In this document: piece by piece, positions 32,215 through 45,831 of the stretch | Numbering within the stretch: the stretch's first letter is position 1 | Layout of the letters: the number at the start of each line of letters is the position of its first letter | From: the human T2T-CHM13v2.0 reference genome, Homo sapiens | Strand: one strand, 5' to 3' | Length of the DNA: 64,000 bases | NCBI RefSeq assembly: GCF_009914755.1 | Contig: NC_060926.1 | Notes under the pieces: model-generated | The model's database searches: none | Told to the model about the DNA's origin: nothing | What the model saw: the letters and a program-made list of their open reading frames with translations, nothing else | Made by a program: the position numbers and the translations under genes

Positions 32215-32825
32215 TGTATTAATGTTCTATTGCTTCCATAATAGTACTACAAAGTTAGTGGCTTAAGCAAGAGAATTTTATTACCTCATAGTTCTGCAGG
32301 TTAGAAGTATAATACGGATGTTACTGAACTAAAATTAAGGTGTTGGCAAGGTTACATTCCTTTCTGGAGGCTCCAGGATAAGATATGTTTCCTTGCTCAT
32401 GTGGATTGTTGGCAGAATTCAGTTCCTTGCAGTTGTAGAATTGAGATCCCCATTTCCTTGCAGGCTGCCAGTTGAGGATCATTCCCAGCCTTTATAGAGG
32501 CCACCCGTACTCTTTGGGTCATGGCCTCCTTCCTCCATCTTCAAAACCAGCAGGGTAGGTGGAGTTCCTCTCACACTTCAACTCTTTCCCCCTTCTTCTT
32601 CTACCTCATCTCTCTGAACCACTTTTTCTGCCTCTTTCTTCTGCTTTTAAGGAGTTACGGGATTAGATTGGACCCACCAAGATAATCAGGATAATCTTAC
32701 CATCTCAAGGTCTTTAATATCACATCTGCAAAATCTCTTTTACCCTATAAGGTAACATAGTCACACATCCTAGGGATTAAGATGTTGACACCTTGTGGGG
32801 AGGGAGGATATTATTCTGCCACACA
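32215..32825 (-). mobile_element. MLT1 (MaLR, MLT1D/E-like) solo LTR
   Basis: TGTATTAATGTTCTATTGCT..AGTGGCTTAA..CAGAATTCAGTTCCTTGCAGTTGTAG..ATTATTCTGCCACACA. Confidence 0.8.
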
Positions 32826-33693
32826 CACACACAAACAGATGTATATTTTCAGCCAGATAGAATACAGAGAGTAAATGAAGAACAGAGGACTGAAGATAAA
32901 TCTCTGAAATACAATATTAAGGGATGGATAGAGGAAAGAAGACCCAAAAGAAAGTCTGAGAAGGAGCAGGGGGATAGGCTTAGACTAGATCTAAAGGGAC
33001 AATGATCTTGAAGATTCTTATGTTTTGTCCTGTTCATGATTTATTGATTTCCTCACTTTATTAAAGCTCTTTTGCCAAGTCTTTTACTTCCTGGTCTTGT
33101 CATCTTTAACGGTGCTGATACTTGGGGAGTGACCACACAAATTTGAATTTTGGACATATATCCCGAAATACCTCAGAACACTCAGCCCATGAACTGCTAA
33201 ATTAGCTGAACATTCAGAGACCTTTTCCCCATGAACATCTTGCTCCAGGCAATGGAATAATAGATCATTGCTAGAACTTCCTAAAGCAAGGTAGCTGGAG
33301 AAAGCTTGCAACATCTAGATGGTTGGTTCCATTACTGGCAGGCAAGGTCCTTACCTCAGATTTTCAAAAGGAGAAACCAAGCGGGCCATCCCCTGTTGTC
33401 AATACTTTTTTTTTTTTTTTCCCCAACTGAGTCAATTAAGTTCTATGAGGTAGAGACATGTGAATTGAAAAGTATTAATTAAAAGAGTTGGGTGGATCCT
33501 GCGTCATAAGCTGAGGATCATTAGTAATAGGAAAGATAAAATGCCTCCTACTAAATAAATGCCATCTTCTAAAACTCAAATATAGGAATTTTTTTTGCAA
33601 GCACACATAAAAAGTTAAGGGTGAAACCATCTTTAAAGAGGACAAGTCTATTGCTAGTGAGGATGATTAAGAGTCATAGGATATAAGAAATCA

Positions 33694-33963
<270 letters not shown>

Positions 33964-34255
33964 TTACATTGGGGAAATAAAAATACAAAGCAGAGACATT
34001 CCCAAGATCACCTAGATGCTGGCAGTATCACAAGCATTCTAACCTCCTCTTTAATGTTCCAAATTCTGAGGTGATACATAGAAGGTGGCTCCATTGTTGC
34101 TAAATTGATGCCGATTTCTCAGCCACTTTATTCTGGTGTCTCGATGAGGGGGATAAAAATGAGTGAAACCATGTTAACCATTACTAATGTAAGAAATTTT
34201 AGCCTCAGCACTATTAGAAAATCAATAAAGAACACCATTCAAAAACAATAGGGGT

Positions 34256-34478
34256 AACACATGGATACACAGAGAGGAACAACACAGATTGGGGCCTAAC
34301 GAAGGGTGGCGGGTGGGAGATGAGAAAGGATCAGGAAAAATAACTAATGGATACTAGACTTAATTCCTGGGTGAAGAAATATTTGGTACAACAAACCTCC
34401 ATGACACATGTTTACCCATCTGACAAACCTGCACATCCTGCACATGTACCCTAGAACTTAAATAAAAGTTAAAAAAAT
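34256..34478 (+). mobile_element. L1PA13-16-type 3' end, strongly 5'-truncated
   Basis: GGATCAGGAAAAATAACTAATGG...CTGCACATGTACCCTAGAACTTAAATAAAAG, with ATAGGGG on both flanks. Confidence 0.85.
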
Positions 34479-35924
34479 TCATTACTTATATAACAAAAAA
34501 TATAGGGGATGATTTATGAAAAGCAATGAGCTGATTTTGTGCAGGGGCCAGTATGCCTAGAAAACCATAGACAGTATACAAATCAAGACTCACTATCTCT
34601 GCATAAGAGATTTTAGAAGGGTGTGTATATGTAAAATTACCACTAGATTCTGGAGAAAGAAAATAGGAAAGAGAAAGTAGGAAAAAAAGTTAATGGCTTC
34701 ACCTCCGCCACATCTGCCTTTTTGCCAAGACTTTAAAAACTCTATTACCTCACAAAAAGCAGGAGCCAGAATAAAGAAATCTCTGAAACCTATGCTGTCC
34801 AGCATATTATGGGACACAACTAACATAAAATTACAGCTTTTACATTCTTATCCAGAATGAAATTTTTAAAAAAATCACATTTTGAGGAGTCAGTTGTCCT
34901 ATCTGGGCCTCCCAATCCAAGCATCTATGCAATTAGCCAGTCATAGATTTAGCAATTAAATACTATAATCCCTGTCCAGGCAATGTGCTACTTGAGAACA
35001 GTGAGCTGTTGCCAGATGCCCTGTAAAAGCAGTGGGAGATTTCAGCAGGCTAGACCCTCCAGGACACTGAGAACCACATTGAGAAAGGGGATGAAAGAAA
35101 AGGGCATGAGGAAAGTAACAGAAGATGCCTAATTAGCCCTAAATAGCTTACTTTAGATTTCTCTGCCACCTCTCGGAATATACTACTGAATTATAATTAC
35201 CCTAACTTAAGGCTGTGCCATTTAACTATCTTTGTTATGATTATTGTTATCCAAAATATTGTATTCCTGCTATCACTTTGCCCTGTCTCTTCCTGGCATA
35301 CTGACACTTATTATCCTGGGTTGTCACAATCGCCTGGTTATCAACTAAATTATCCATGTCTCATTATACTCTACTCTACTCTGCTGGAATAAGAGGCTAC
35401 CCTGAACAATATTAAAATTCACAACACACTTTTCCAATTGGAGTCAGTTTTCAGTTTACCAAAACACTGCTTGCAAACATGTTCTATGAAGTTACTTGAA
35501 CCATTTCAAGTCAATTTTGCATTTCTTGATAATCTGGTTTTCCTTAAGTCTCACTGCCAGTTGTGACAGAGACTTTGGCACCTGGCTCATAGTTTTTCTC
35601 TCCATACCAAATGTATCATCATTATCATCCTGGGTGACAAGTTACGGAGGAACATTTATCAGCAGGTATGTATCAATCTATATTGTGAATCAAAGAAATC
35701 CAGAACCAAGAACACTTTTAGGAAAATCCTGTCTCTACTTCATAGAAAGGTATGGAGTTTATATCCGATATGTACAACAAACTTTAAAACCAATGATCAA
35801 AAACTCTTTCTAAAATTCCTACTTTTAATGGTACGGTAGCTTGCTTTGTAGAACAATTCATGCCTAAAGTTTATTAACCACTTAGTACTTAAAACTAAGG
35901 CAAGCATGTTGAGATTACACTTTT

Positions 35925-36912
35925 TTCCTTCAACAAATCCTTACTGAAGGCCTACCATGTATTAAGGATTGTTCCAGGCACTAAGAATAAAGTTGTTCAG
36001 AAAATGTGCAAAATTCCTACACTTATGAAAATCATTTTTTACTAGGGGGAAGAACAAGATATGTAAGATGTAGAGTATACTACAAGATGATACATTCTTC
36101 AGAGAAAAATGAAGAGGGAAGAGAATAGAATTTTGCTTCGGTTATGGTTTGGAAGGAGGTGGCAGAGGTAGTCAGAGGGAAGTTGCAATCTTAAATGGGA
36201 AATGTCTCAATTAAGTGAACTTTAAGTGACTTGAATATCAAGACCTGAACAAGATGAAGGAACAAGTAAAACAGGTAGCTGGAAAAGAGCCTTCCAGAAA
36301 AAGTCATATCAAGTGCAAAGGCCTTGAGATGGGAGTGTACCCAGCATGTCTAGGAAACAATAAAGGGGCTATCAGAGTGAGAACAGAGTAACTGAGGAAA
36401 AAGTAGTCACAGAGTTAAAGGGTGTATGTGTGTGTGTGTGTGTGTGTGAAGGTTCTATAGGATCTTATAGACCATTAAAAGGACTTTGGTTTTTACTTAG
36501 TGTGAAACAGGAAGCTCCTGTGGGATTTTAGGAAGAGGAATGATATGATCTGACTTGTTTTAACTTTTTCATGCCTTTATTGTCCTACTGATTATGGCCT
36601 GTAGAGGGGCAAAGGCAGAATCATGGAGACCAGTTAAAAAGCTATTGCGAGAATACTTAATTATTTGAATCATGAGAAGAGAAATGATAGTTAAAAGTGG
36701 TTGGTTTCTGGTATATTTTAAAGAGGGAGAAAACATAATTTGCTGACAGATTGGACGTGTGATGTGCGAGAAAAAAGAGTCAAGGATGACTCCATAGTTT
36801 CTAGTCCTAGAAGAAAAAGTAGAATTGCCATTAATTGAGATGAAGAGAGCTGTAAAAGGAATAGGTTTTTATGGGGGCAATGGGGAAATCGGGAACTTAC
36901 CTTTAGGACATT
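35925..36912 (-). mobile_element. L2 (L2a-like) with (GT)n
   Basis: TTCAACAAATCCTTACTGAAGGCCTACCATGT...AAGTGCAAAGGCCTTGAG...GAGTCAAGGATGACTCC. Confidence 0.8.
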
Positions 36913-37721
36913 TTAATGTATAATAAAATATAGCACACTAAGAATGTTCTATTATCATAACTGATGAAGATAATTATATTTCTAGCATACAGAATAAGGC
37001 TATGTTATATTTTCAACACATTAATCAGTCTTACTCAAAACTCCTCACTACTTCAGCAAGGATTATTTGTAGACTACTTTAGAAGTCACTCCTAGAAAGA
37101 TTTTAGCATCTTGAATTGGTTGTAGAGTTTGGATTGTTATTCTGGCATAATTTTGGAGCTCAGTTAAGTAGGCTATATATGTCTTATAGAGACATAACAA
37201 GGATGAAATTCTGGATGAACTCCAAGCATGTATTTACATTAAGAAAAATGGCTGCCATAGGAATAAAAAGGCAATACCTGACACTTGAACCCAGGTGCTC
37301 ACCAGAACTGGAAGAATATGAGCAAGTATTTAGTCTAAAAAGTCATCTCCTGTTGAAGCAGTAAGAGTGATTTATCAGATGAGGAGTTATGTTCCTCTCT
37401 GGCATGAACCATCTAGCTGCATGGAGCACTTCCTTGATAGCCCTCCTTCAGTAGCTCTCACTAGAGAAAGTCCTCATGTACTAGGTTCCAGGAACTGCCA
37501 CCTAAGTTCCCTTTACCCACTTTACCCATATTTGGTTTTGCCTTTTCCAGGGCTGTGACCTCTGCAATTCATTTAATAAGATTAAAGTAAACTGATAATG
37601 AAGAGCAAGGAGTAGGAGGAAAATGATGAATCTATTTGTGGGAGTTTGAGTACAAATATTATTCAGAAATTCAATCTAGGTCCATTTACTTCTAAAATGC
37701 CACAAAACAATATTAAGTCAA

Positions 37722-38245
37722 TACATTCAGCAAGCAATTATGAAATAGGAACTATGTTACCCACTGAGGGATGGGGAATTCATGGATAAATAAAACAGGG
37801 TTCCTGCCCTTAGTGAACTCAGAAGCTAATGGTGAAAGCAGATGATTAAACAAGTAATTACAAGAGCATTTGTAATGAAGGGACATACAAAATGTCAGGG
37901 ACCCAAAGGGGGGACAATTAAATCTGCCTGAGGAGGTTGTGAAGGATTTATAAAGAAGATGACATTTGAGCCAAGCTGTGAAGGAAGAGAATGCATTTGT
38001 CACTCTACAGAGAGAGTACTCTGTGATAGGCAGAGGCAGCCTAAAGCTTACCCAGCTTTGGGATCAAGGAGGTGTTAAGAGTAGTCTGGGGAAAGCTTAC
38101 ATGGGGAAGAGTGACAGAAATAGACTAGAAAGATTAGCTGGAACCAGACCTGCTTTGCTAGGGGTTCATCTTTTGTTTTATGGGCAAGAGAGAGCTCTTA
38201 GGCTTTTTAAGCAGGCAAATGCTACCATGATAATTGTGGTTTGTT
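37722..38245 (-). mobile_element. L2 fragment
   Basis: CATTCAGCAAGCAATT...GTTCCTGCCCTTAGTGAACTC...GATGACATTTGAGC. Confidence 0.65.
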
Positions 38246-38646
38246 TTTTTTTTTTTAAATAGTAGGTGGCAGAAGGGAAGAAAAGAAAGAAAAGTCATCA
38301 ATAGCAAGGGCATAAAACAGATCAAGAGAAGTAAGAAAAAATAGAGTTTCATACTTTGCAGAAATAACCATGAACATATTCACTCCCATGCCCCTTTCCC
38401 ATCCCCAAAACCTATCGATACCTCCCTCTAACTAAATTAAACATCTCTATGCCCTATCATTTCATCAAGCAGGCAATGAAAAAAGATATGCCACACAGAA
38501 AGACAGAAGGAAGATGCTGGTACCTCAGAAAAAACACACAGAAAACCACCTTGTCCCATTTAATTATTTCTCTCAGAGTTTATAAGGGAAGAAATAATTA
38601 AGAACACCATATGGATTTAGAACACAGGGAAGCATGTATGAACACA

Positions 38647-38647
<1 letters not shown>

Positions 38648-38682
<35 letters not shown>
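38648..38682. repeat. (CA)n microsatellite
   Basis: Seen directly. Confidence 0.9.
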
Positions 38683-38685
<3 letters not shown>

Positions 38686-39477
38686 TTGTATTGACAAATG
38701 ATAAGAATGATAAGCAGTATAAACACCAAGAAGAATGATTACATCTGTCTTACCTCATCACACACATTCACTTTTAATAATGCCGCCAATTTACTATTGT
38801 TTGAGATCATTCTTTTTAACATAGCCTTGGTGTACCAGTAGCTTTTGAGAACCACTTCCTCTCCATTGTCACTCCTAGTTTCTTGTGGTTCCAAGACACT
38901 AAATACTAAAGACTACTATAGTAGCTTATGAGAGGGCCATAATATTGCTATAAGGAGCCTGCTGCTTGCCTTGATTAGGTTGAAAGCATCAAAGCTCTGG
39001 AAAGAATCTAGGAGACCTCTCTCTGACTGATGTTTAGCTTAGATGAACACCACAATCCTTAGATTAGGTTTTTAGAGCATATTTCTTTTTTAACACGGTC
39101 CAGAAAATAGAGAAGTTACACCCTCACTTTGCTGGCCAATAGAAGGCTCTTTTCTGTAGTACCACTGGAGACAAGCAAAGGTTTGAACACTTTTTATTAT
39201 CAGCATGGGATTAAATTCTCCAGATGACCATAGTTTTCAGAGACATTATGAACAGTGATTATCGAATGTCTTGGTCACAGAATACTTTTATAAAAAATTA
39301 AAAACCGAAATAAAACTAAGAAACAACATCAGTTCCTACTGACCCATGGTAAAATCAATAACAAAAAAAGGCAAGAATCATCATTTCTAATGGCACAGCA
39401 ATACTTCCCTCCTCCAAACTCATACAGTGCTTTCACGCTACTCATTTGGCACTTAATTACATGCTGTATTTTACTAG

Positions 39478-39730
<253 letters not shown>

Positions 39731-40926
39731 AGTAGGTAACTTTTTAGAAGTGTTAGTTCTGCTTCTCTTATTTGATTGTAATACAGTAAGGTTAAATTAG
39801 ATATGCATCAAATCAGATTGCAAAATACCTTCCATCAGAGAATAGGGCACTAAGAATTGAAAATATGGACACTAGTAAATTCATATCCTTACTGAGATTC
39901 ATGGGCCATTTAATACTACTTTATGTGTAGCAATAAAAAGTGGAATATGAAATAAAGGTACACTCTAATACCTATGAAGTTAATAAAAAAAAAAAACCTT
40001 AAAATCATAAGAACCTATGTTGGTTGGGCTTCTATAAAACTGATGCATGATTATACTTCCCGAAATAATTTAAATTGGTATAACCCTTCATTAAGAATCA
40101 GCAATAGATTTAAAACCCATAAAAATGCTTACAACTCTTATATAAATAATTTACATTAAGGAGTAATTCAGATTAAAAGGCTTTAGATATGAATATATAA
40201 TAATTTAAATATAAAAACAAAACATTAGAAATAACATATAAGTTTAGAAATAATGGCTAATTAAATGATGGTCTGTAAAACTGATGGACCATTTATAATA
40301 AAAACTTTAATCAAATTAAGAAATAAAAGAAACTTGCTTAACGGACAAAGGGCATAAAAAAACTTATACCCATCATCATATTTAATGGTAAAAGACTGAA
40401 TACTCCCCCACCCACTAAGATCACAAACAAGGCAATGATACCTGCTCTCAGCACCTATTTAACCTTGTACTGGAGTTCCTAGTGCAATAAGACCAAAAAA
40501 CAAAAGGTATCTAGACTGGAAAGAAAGAATCTAAAACTGTTTTTATTCACAGATGCTGTAATTGTCCACCTATAAACTCCCCAAAAATGTATAAAAAACC
40601 ACTACATCTGATAAGTGAGTTTAGCAAATTTGAGATTCAACATCAACGTACAAAAACCAATTGTATATTTCTATATATTTGGAATGAACAATTAAACATC
40701 AACATTAAAATAACAATGCCACTTATAATGAATATGGAACACTTTGGAATAAATCTCACAAAATATGCACAAGATTTGCTGAAAACTACAAAGCACTAAA
40801 GAGAGAATTCAAATAAATGAACACAGAACTGTGTTCGTGGATTAGAAGACTAAAATTGTCAAAATGTCAATTTTCCCCAAATTGATCTCTGAATTCAACA
40901 TAATCCTAATGAAAATATCAGCAAGC

Positions 40927-41219
40927 TTTTTTTTTTTTGAGACGAAGTCTCGCTCTGTCGCCCAGGCTGAAGTGCAGTGGTGCGATCTCAGCCCACTACA
41001 ACCTCCGACTCCCTGGTTCCAGCGATTTCCCCTGCCTCAGCCTCCTGAGTAGCTGGGACAACAGGCACATGCCACCACAACCGGCTAATTTTTGTACTTT
41101 TAGTAGAGATAGGGTTTCACCATGTTGGCCAGGATGGTCTCGATCTCCTGACCTCGTGATCCATCCACCTCAGCCTCCCAAAGTGTTGGGATTACAGGCG
41201 TGAGCCACCACTCCCAGCC
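40927..41219 (-). mobile_element. AluS (Sc-like)
   Basis: Full dimer; TSD CAAGCTTTTTTT. Confidence 0.9.
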
Positions 41220-42372
41220 AAGCTTTTTTTTCTTAAGAAATTGACAAATTGATTGTAAGATATATATATTTATATATATTTACATATATATTTTTATATA
41301 TTTACATATACAGTTTTACATATTTGTTCATATATATTTACACATATATGGCTTAGAATAAACAAAACAACTTTGAAAAAGAAGAAAAAGTTGGAGGACT
41401 TGAACTGCTTGATTTCAAGACAATATAAAAGTAAGATCAAGACATAGCAAAAGGACAGACACACAGGTCAATTGAACATAATATAGAGAATGCAGAAGGA
41501 GACCAACACATATGTGGTGAATTGATTTCTAAGAAAGGTATCAAGGTGCATCAATGGAGAAAGCATAGTCTTTTTAACAAATGGTGCTGGAACAACTGTA
41601 CATGCCATATAAAAATATGAACCTTGGCCATACTTCATATCATATTGAAAAATTAACCCAAAACATATCATCATAGACCTAAGTGTAAAACCTAACAGTA
41701 TGAACTCCTAGATGAAAACATAGGAAACAGACCTTTGTGACCTTGGATTAGGCAAAGATTTCTTAAGATAGGACACACAGAGCGTGAGACATGAAAAAAG
41801 TGACATTATAACTGTATGTCACTAAAATCAGAAGAAAAAACTTAAGCTTTTTGAAAGATACTGTTAAGGAAATGGCCTGTTGACCAGAACATATAAAAAA
41901 CTTTCACTACTCAATAATAAGAATTATTTTTAAAACTGAATAAAATATTTGAACAAATACATTAAACACAAAAGAAGAGATACAAATACATTAAACACAG
42001 AAGAAAAGAAACTGAATAAAATATTTGAACAAATATATTAAACACCAAATAAGCACAAAAACAGATTCTCAGCATAATTAGTCATTAGGTTAATACAGAT
42101 GAAAACCTCCGCGACATATGTCTATACATGTATCAGAATAGCCCAAATTGAAAAAAATACTGACAATACTAGCAATGTGCAGAGCAACTGCAATTTTCAT
42201 ATATTGCTGGTAGGACTACAAAATGGCAAAGCCACTTTGGAAAGCAGTTTGATAGTTTCTTATAAAGTTAAACATACACTTACTATATGACCCAGTAACT
42301 CTAAAGAAATCAAAATATATGTTCACATAAAAACCTGTACACAAATGTTTATTGTGGCTTTATTCACGATAA

Positions 42373-42638
42373 ACTTTGGGAGGCTGGGGCAGGTAGATCA
42401 CCTGAGGTCAGGAGTTCAAGACCAGCCTGGTCAACATGGTGAAACCTCGTCTCTCCTAAAAATACAAGAATTAGCTGGGCATGGTGGTGAGCACCTGTAG
42501 TCCCAGCTACTCGGGAGGCTGAGGCAGGAGAATTGCTTGAACCCAGGAGGTGGAGGGTGGAGTAGCTGAGATGATGCCACTGCATTCCAGCCTGGGAGAC
42601 AGAGAGAGACTCCGTCTCAAAAAAAAAAAAAAAAAAAA
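42373..42638 (+). mobile_element. AluS, 5'-truncated, no TSD
   Basis: ACTTTGGGAGGCTGGGGCAGG...GACTCCGTCTC followed by poly(A). Confidence 0.9.
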
Positions 42639-43004
42639 TGGAGTACTAACATATGCAGAAACAGAGATGAATCTCAAAAGCACCATGCTAAGTGAAAGAA
42701 GAGAAAATTAAAAGTATGTTTCCGTTTATACGCATTATTCCATTTATATGGCATTTTGGAAAAGACAAAACCATATAGTGCCAGAGATCAGAGCAGTTGT
42801 TGCCAGGGAATACAGTAGAGGGCGAAGAGTCATTGCAAAGAGGCATAAAAGAAATTTCTGATAAATGGAAATATTCTGTGATCTTGGTAGTGGTAATACA
42901 ACTGTGTAAGTTTGTAAAAAAATTTATAAAGCTGTATATTTAAGAAGGATGAATTTACTGAAGGTAAATTATGCCTTAATTAACCAACAAATGAACAAAA
43001 TACT

Positions 43005-43665
43005 GTCTAATCAAGTGTTGAAGAGGATGTGAAACAACTGGTATGCTCATCTACTGCTGGCAGGAATGGAAAATGGTACTTTGTAAAATAGTTGGACATT
43101 TAAAAAAATTAAGTTACACATACACTTATTATAGGCCCAACGATTCCATTCCTAGTATTACCTAGGGAAAATAAAAAATATATGTTCATACAAACAGTTG
43201 TACATGAATGTTCACAGCAGTTTTACTCATAATAGCCCAAACTGGAAAGAACAAAATGTTCATAAATGTCAAAGGTGAATGGATAATTATGATATATCCA
43301 TGTGAAAAACTATAACTCATCAATAAAAAAGAATGAACTATTGACACCCCCAACACCATGGATGAATCTCAAAATATTATGCTGAATCAAAGAAGCCAGA
43401 CACAAAGGGTGCACAAAAGAATATAAATTCTAGGATTTACATATAATTCTAGAAAATACAAACTAAGCTATAGTGATAAAGAGCAGATCAGTGGTTATTT
43501 GGGGACAAAGGGATGGGACTAATTACAAAGACACACAAGAAGCCTTTTTGGCATGATAGAAATGTTCTTGGTTGTGGTGGTGGTGGTGGGTACATGGAGT
43601 TGTACACTTGAAATAGGCACATTTTATTGTATATTAGATTATACCTGAATAAAACTGATTTAAGA
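43005..43665 (+). mobile_element. Second old L1M (L1ME/MD-type) 3' fragment
   Basis: CAAGTGTTGAAGAGGATGTGAAACAACTGG...ATGGATGAATCTCAAAAT...ATTATACCTGAATAAAACTG. Confidence 0.75.
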
Positions 43666-43689
43666 ATTAACAGCCTAAAAATGTTTAAG

Positions 43690-45085
43690 ATAACCAAAAC
43701 AGCATGGTACTGGTACCAAAACAGATATATAGACCAATGGAACAGAACAGAGGCCTCAGAAATAACACCATACATCTATAACCATCTGATATTCGACAAA
43801 CCTGACACAAACAAGCAATGGGGAAAGGATTCCCTATTTAATAAATGGTGTTGGGAAAACTGGCTAGCAATATGCAGAAAACTGAAACTGGACCCCTTCC
43901 TTACACCCTAAACAAAAATTAACTCAAGCTGGATTAAAGACTTAAATGTAAGACCTAAAAGCATAAAAATCCTAGAAGAGAACCTAGGTAAAACCATTCA
44001 GGACATAGGCATGGGCAAAGACTTCACGTCCAAAATACCAAAAGCAATGGCAACAAAAGCCAAAATTGATACATGGGATCTAATTAAACTAAAGAGCTTC
44101 TGCACAGCAAAAGAAACTATCGTCAGAGTGAACAGACAACCTACAGAATGGGAGAAAATTTTTGCAATCTATCCCTGACAAAGCACTAATATCCAGAATC
44201 TACAAAGAAACAAATTTACAAGAAAAAAACAAACAACCCCATCAAAAAGTGGGCAAAGGATATGAAAAGACACTTCTCAAAAGAAGACATTTATGCAGCC
44301 AACAAACATATGAAAAAATGCTCATCATCACTGGTCATTAGAGAAATACAAATCAAAAACCACAATGAGATACCATCTCATGACAGTTAGAATGGTGATC
44401 ATTAAAAAGTCAGGAAACAACAGATGCTGGAGAGGATGTGGAGAAATCGGAATGCTTTTACACTGTTGGTGGGAGTGTAAATAAGTTCAACCATTGTGGA
44501 AGACAGTGTGGCAATTCCTCAAGGATCTAGAACTAGAAATACCATTTGACTCAGTAATCCCGTTACTGGGTATGTACCCAAAGGATTATAAATCATTCTA
44601 CTATAAAGACACATACACGTGTATGTTTATTGCGGCACTATTCACAATAGCAAAGACTTGGAACCAACTCAAATGTCCATCAATGATAGACTGGATAAAG
44701 AAAATGTGGCACATATACACCATGGAATACTATATAGCCATAAAAAAGGATGAGTTCATGTCCTTTGCAGGGACATAGATGAAGCTGAAAACCATCATTC
44801 TCAGCAAACCAACACAAGAACAGAGAACCAAACACCGTATGTTCCCACTCATAAGTGGGAGCTGAACAATGAGAAGACATGGACATAGGGAGGGGAACAT
44901 CACACACCAGGGCCTGTTGGGGGTGGGGGGCTAGGGGAGGGACAGCATTAGGAGAAATACCTAATGTAGGTGATGGGTTGATGGGTGCAGCAAACCACCA
45001 TGGCACGTGTATACCTATGTAACAAAACTGCACATTCTGCACATGTACCCCAGAATTTAAAGTATAATCAAAATAAATAAAAGAG
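43690..45085 (+). mobile_element. 5'-truncated L1PA7/8-type
   Basis: ORF2 C-terminus ([18 protein letters not shown]; CMFIAALFTIAKTWNQ), G-rich 3'UTR and A-tail. Confidence 0.92.
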
Positions 45086-45589
45086 AAAGCAGGATTTAAA
45101 AAAAAAGTTAAATATAAAAGGACATAGGCATTACAAATAAGCATATAAAAAAAAAGACCAGAAAGAGCCCCACAAAATAAACAATTGTGTTAAGATAGAA
45201 CATTTAGTTAGGGCTTATTTTTCATCTTTGATAACTATTTTTAATCTACTATAGTAATATTTTCATAAACAGTACTTCTTAATAGAGAAAAATAAAGCAA
45301 ATGACTTGTAATTTGATTAAACATGAAAAATTAACTCAAGGCTTAATTTCTTTTCAGTTACCTCTATGCTCAGAAGAGCTCAGAACATTTAATAGTTAGC
45401 ATTCTCAATTCCTTACTTTCTGAGAAATGGCAGGAGCCCCAGTATGAGCCATTAGCCAAAGACACAAGTATCCTGTCATGTAATGAATCAGCAAGAGTTA
45501 AGTGATCACTCCAGGTTGCCTGACTTTCATCTGGATACCATTTCCATGCAGGCAGACTTCTTAAGTAGGCCACTACAGTACAGTGACAG

Positions 45590-45831
45590 CAATAGTAGAA
45601 GTAACAATAATAGCTACTTCATTAATTAAATGCTTACCGAATCATAAGCAACATAATTATATTGTCTTATTTAATGCTTACTCCAACATTATAAGCCTTA
45701 TAAGCTATTTAAAATTTTCATTTAATAGTCTAGGAAATGACACCTCAGAGAGGTCAAATAATTTGCCAAATGTCACAGCTAGTAACGTAAGGTCTGCTCA
45801 GTTCCAAACCTAATCACCATGCTGCCCTGCC
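45590..45831 (-). mobile_element. MIR inserted inside the R2-like endonuclease region
   Basis: AATAATAGCTACTTCATT...TAGGAAATGACACCTCAGAGAGGTCAAATAATTTGCCAAATGTCACAGCTAGTAA...CACCATGCTGCCCTGCC. Confidence 0.8.

Larger units (their letters stand above)
40290..42985 (+). mobile_element. Old L1M ORF2/3' region with two Alu insertions
   Basis: CATCATCATATTTAATGGTAAAAGACTG, TTCACAGATG, ATGTCAATTTTCCCCAAATTGATC and an L1M-type 3'UTR. Confidence 0.8.

Noticed and set aside
33340-33362. Strong minus-strand donor-like site (GAG|GTAAGG)
   Set aside because: No matching acceptor or recognisable EXOC6B coding frame upstream.
45453-45485. TAGCCAAA on the plus strand resembling the 28S R2 target
   Set aside because: It is in the wrong orientation relative to the element and lies within the RLE-like reading.
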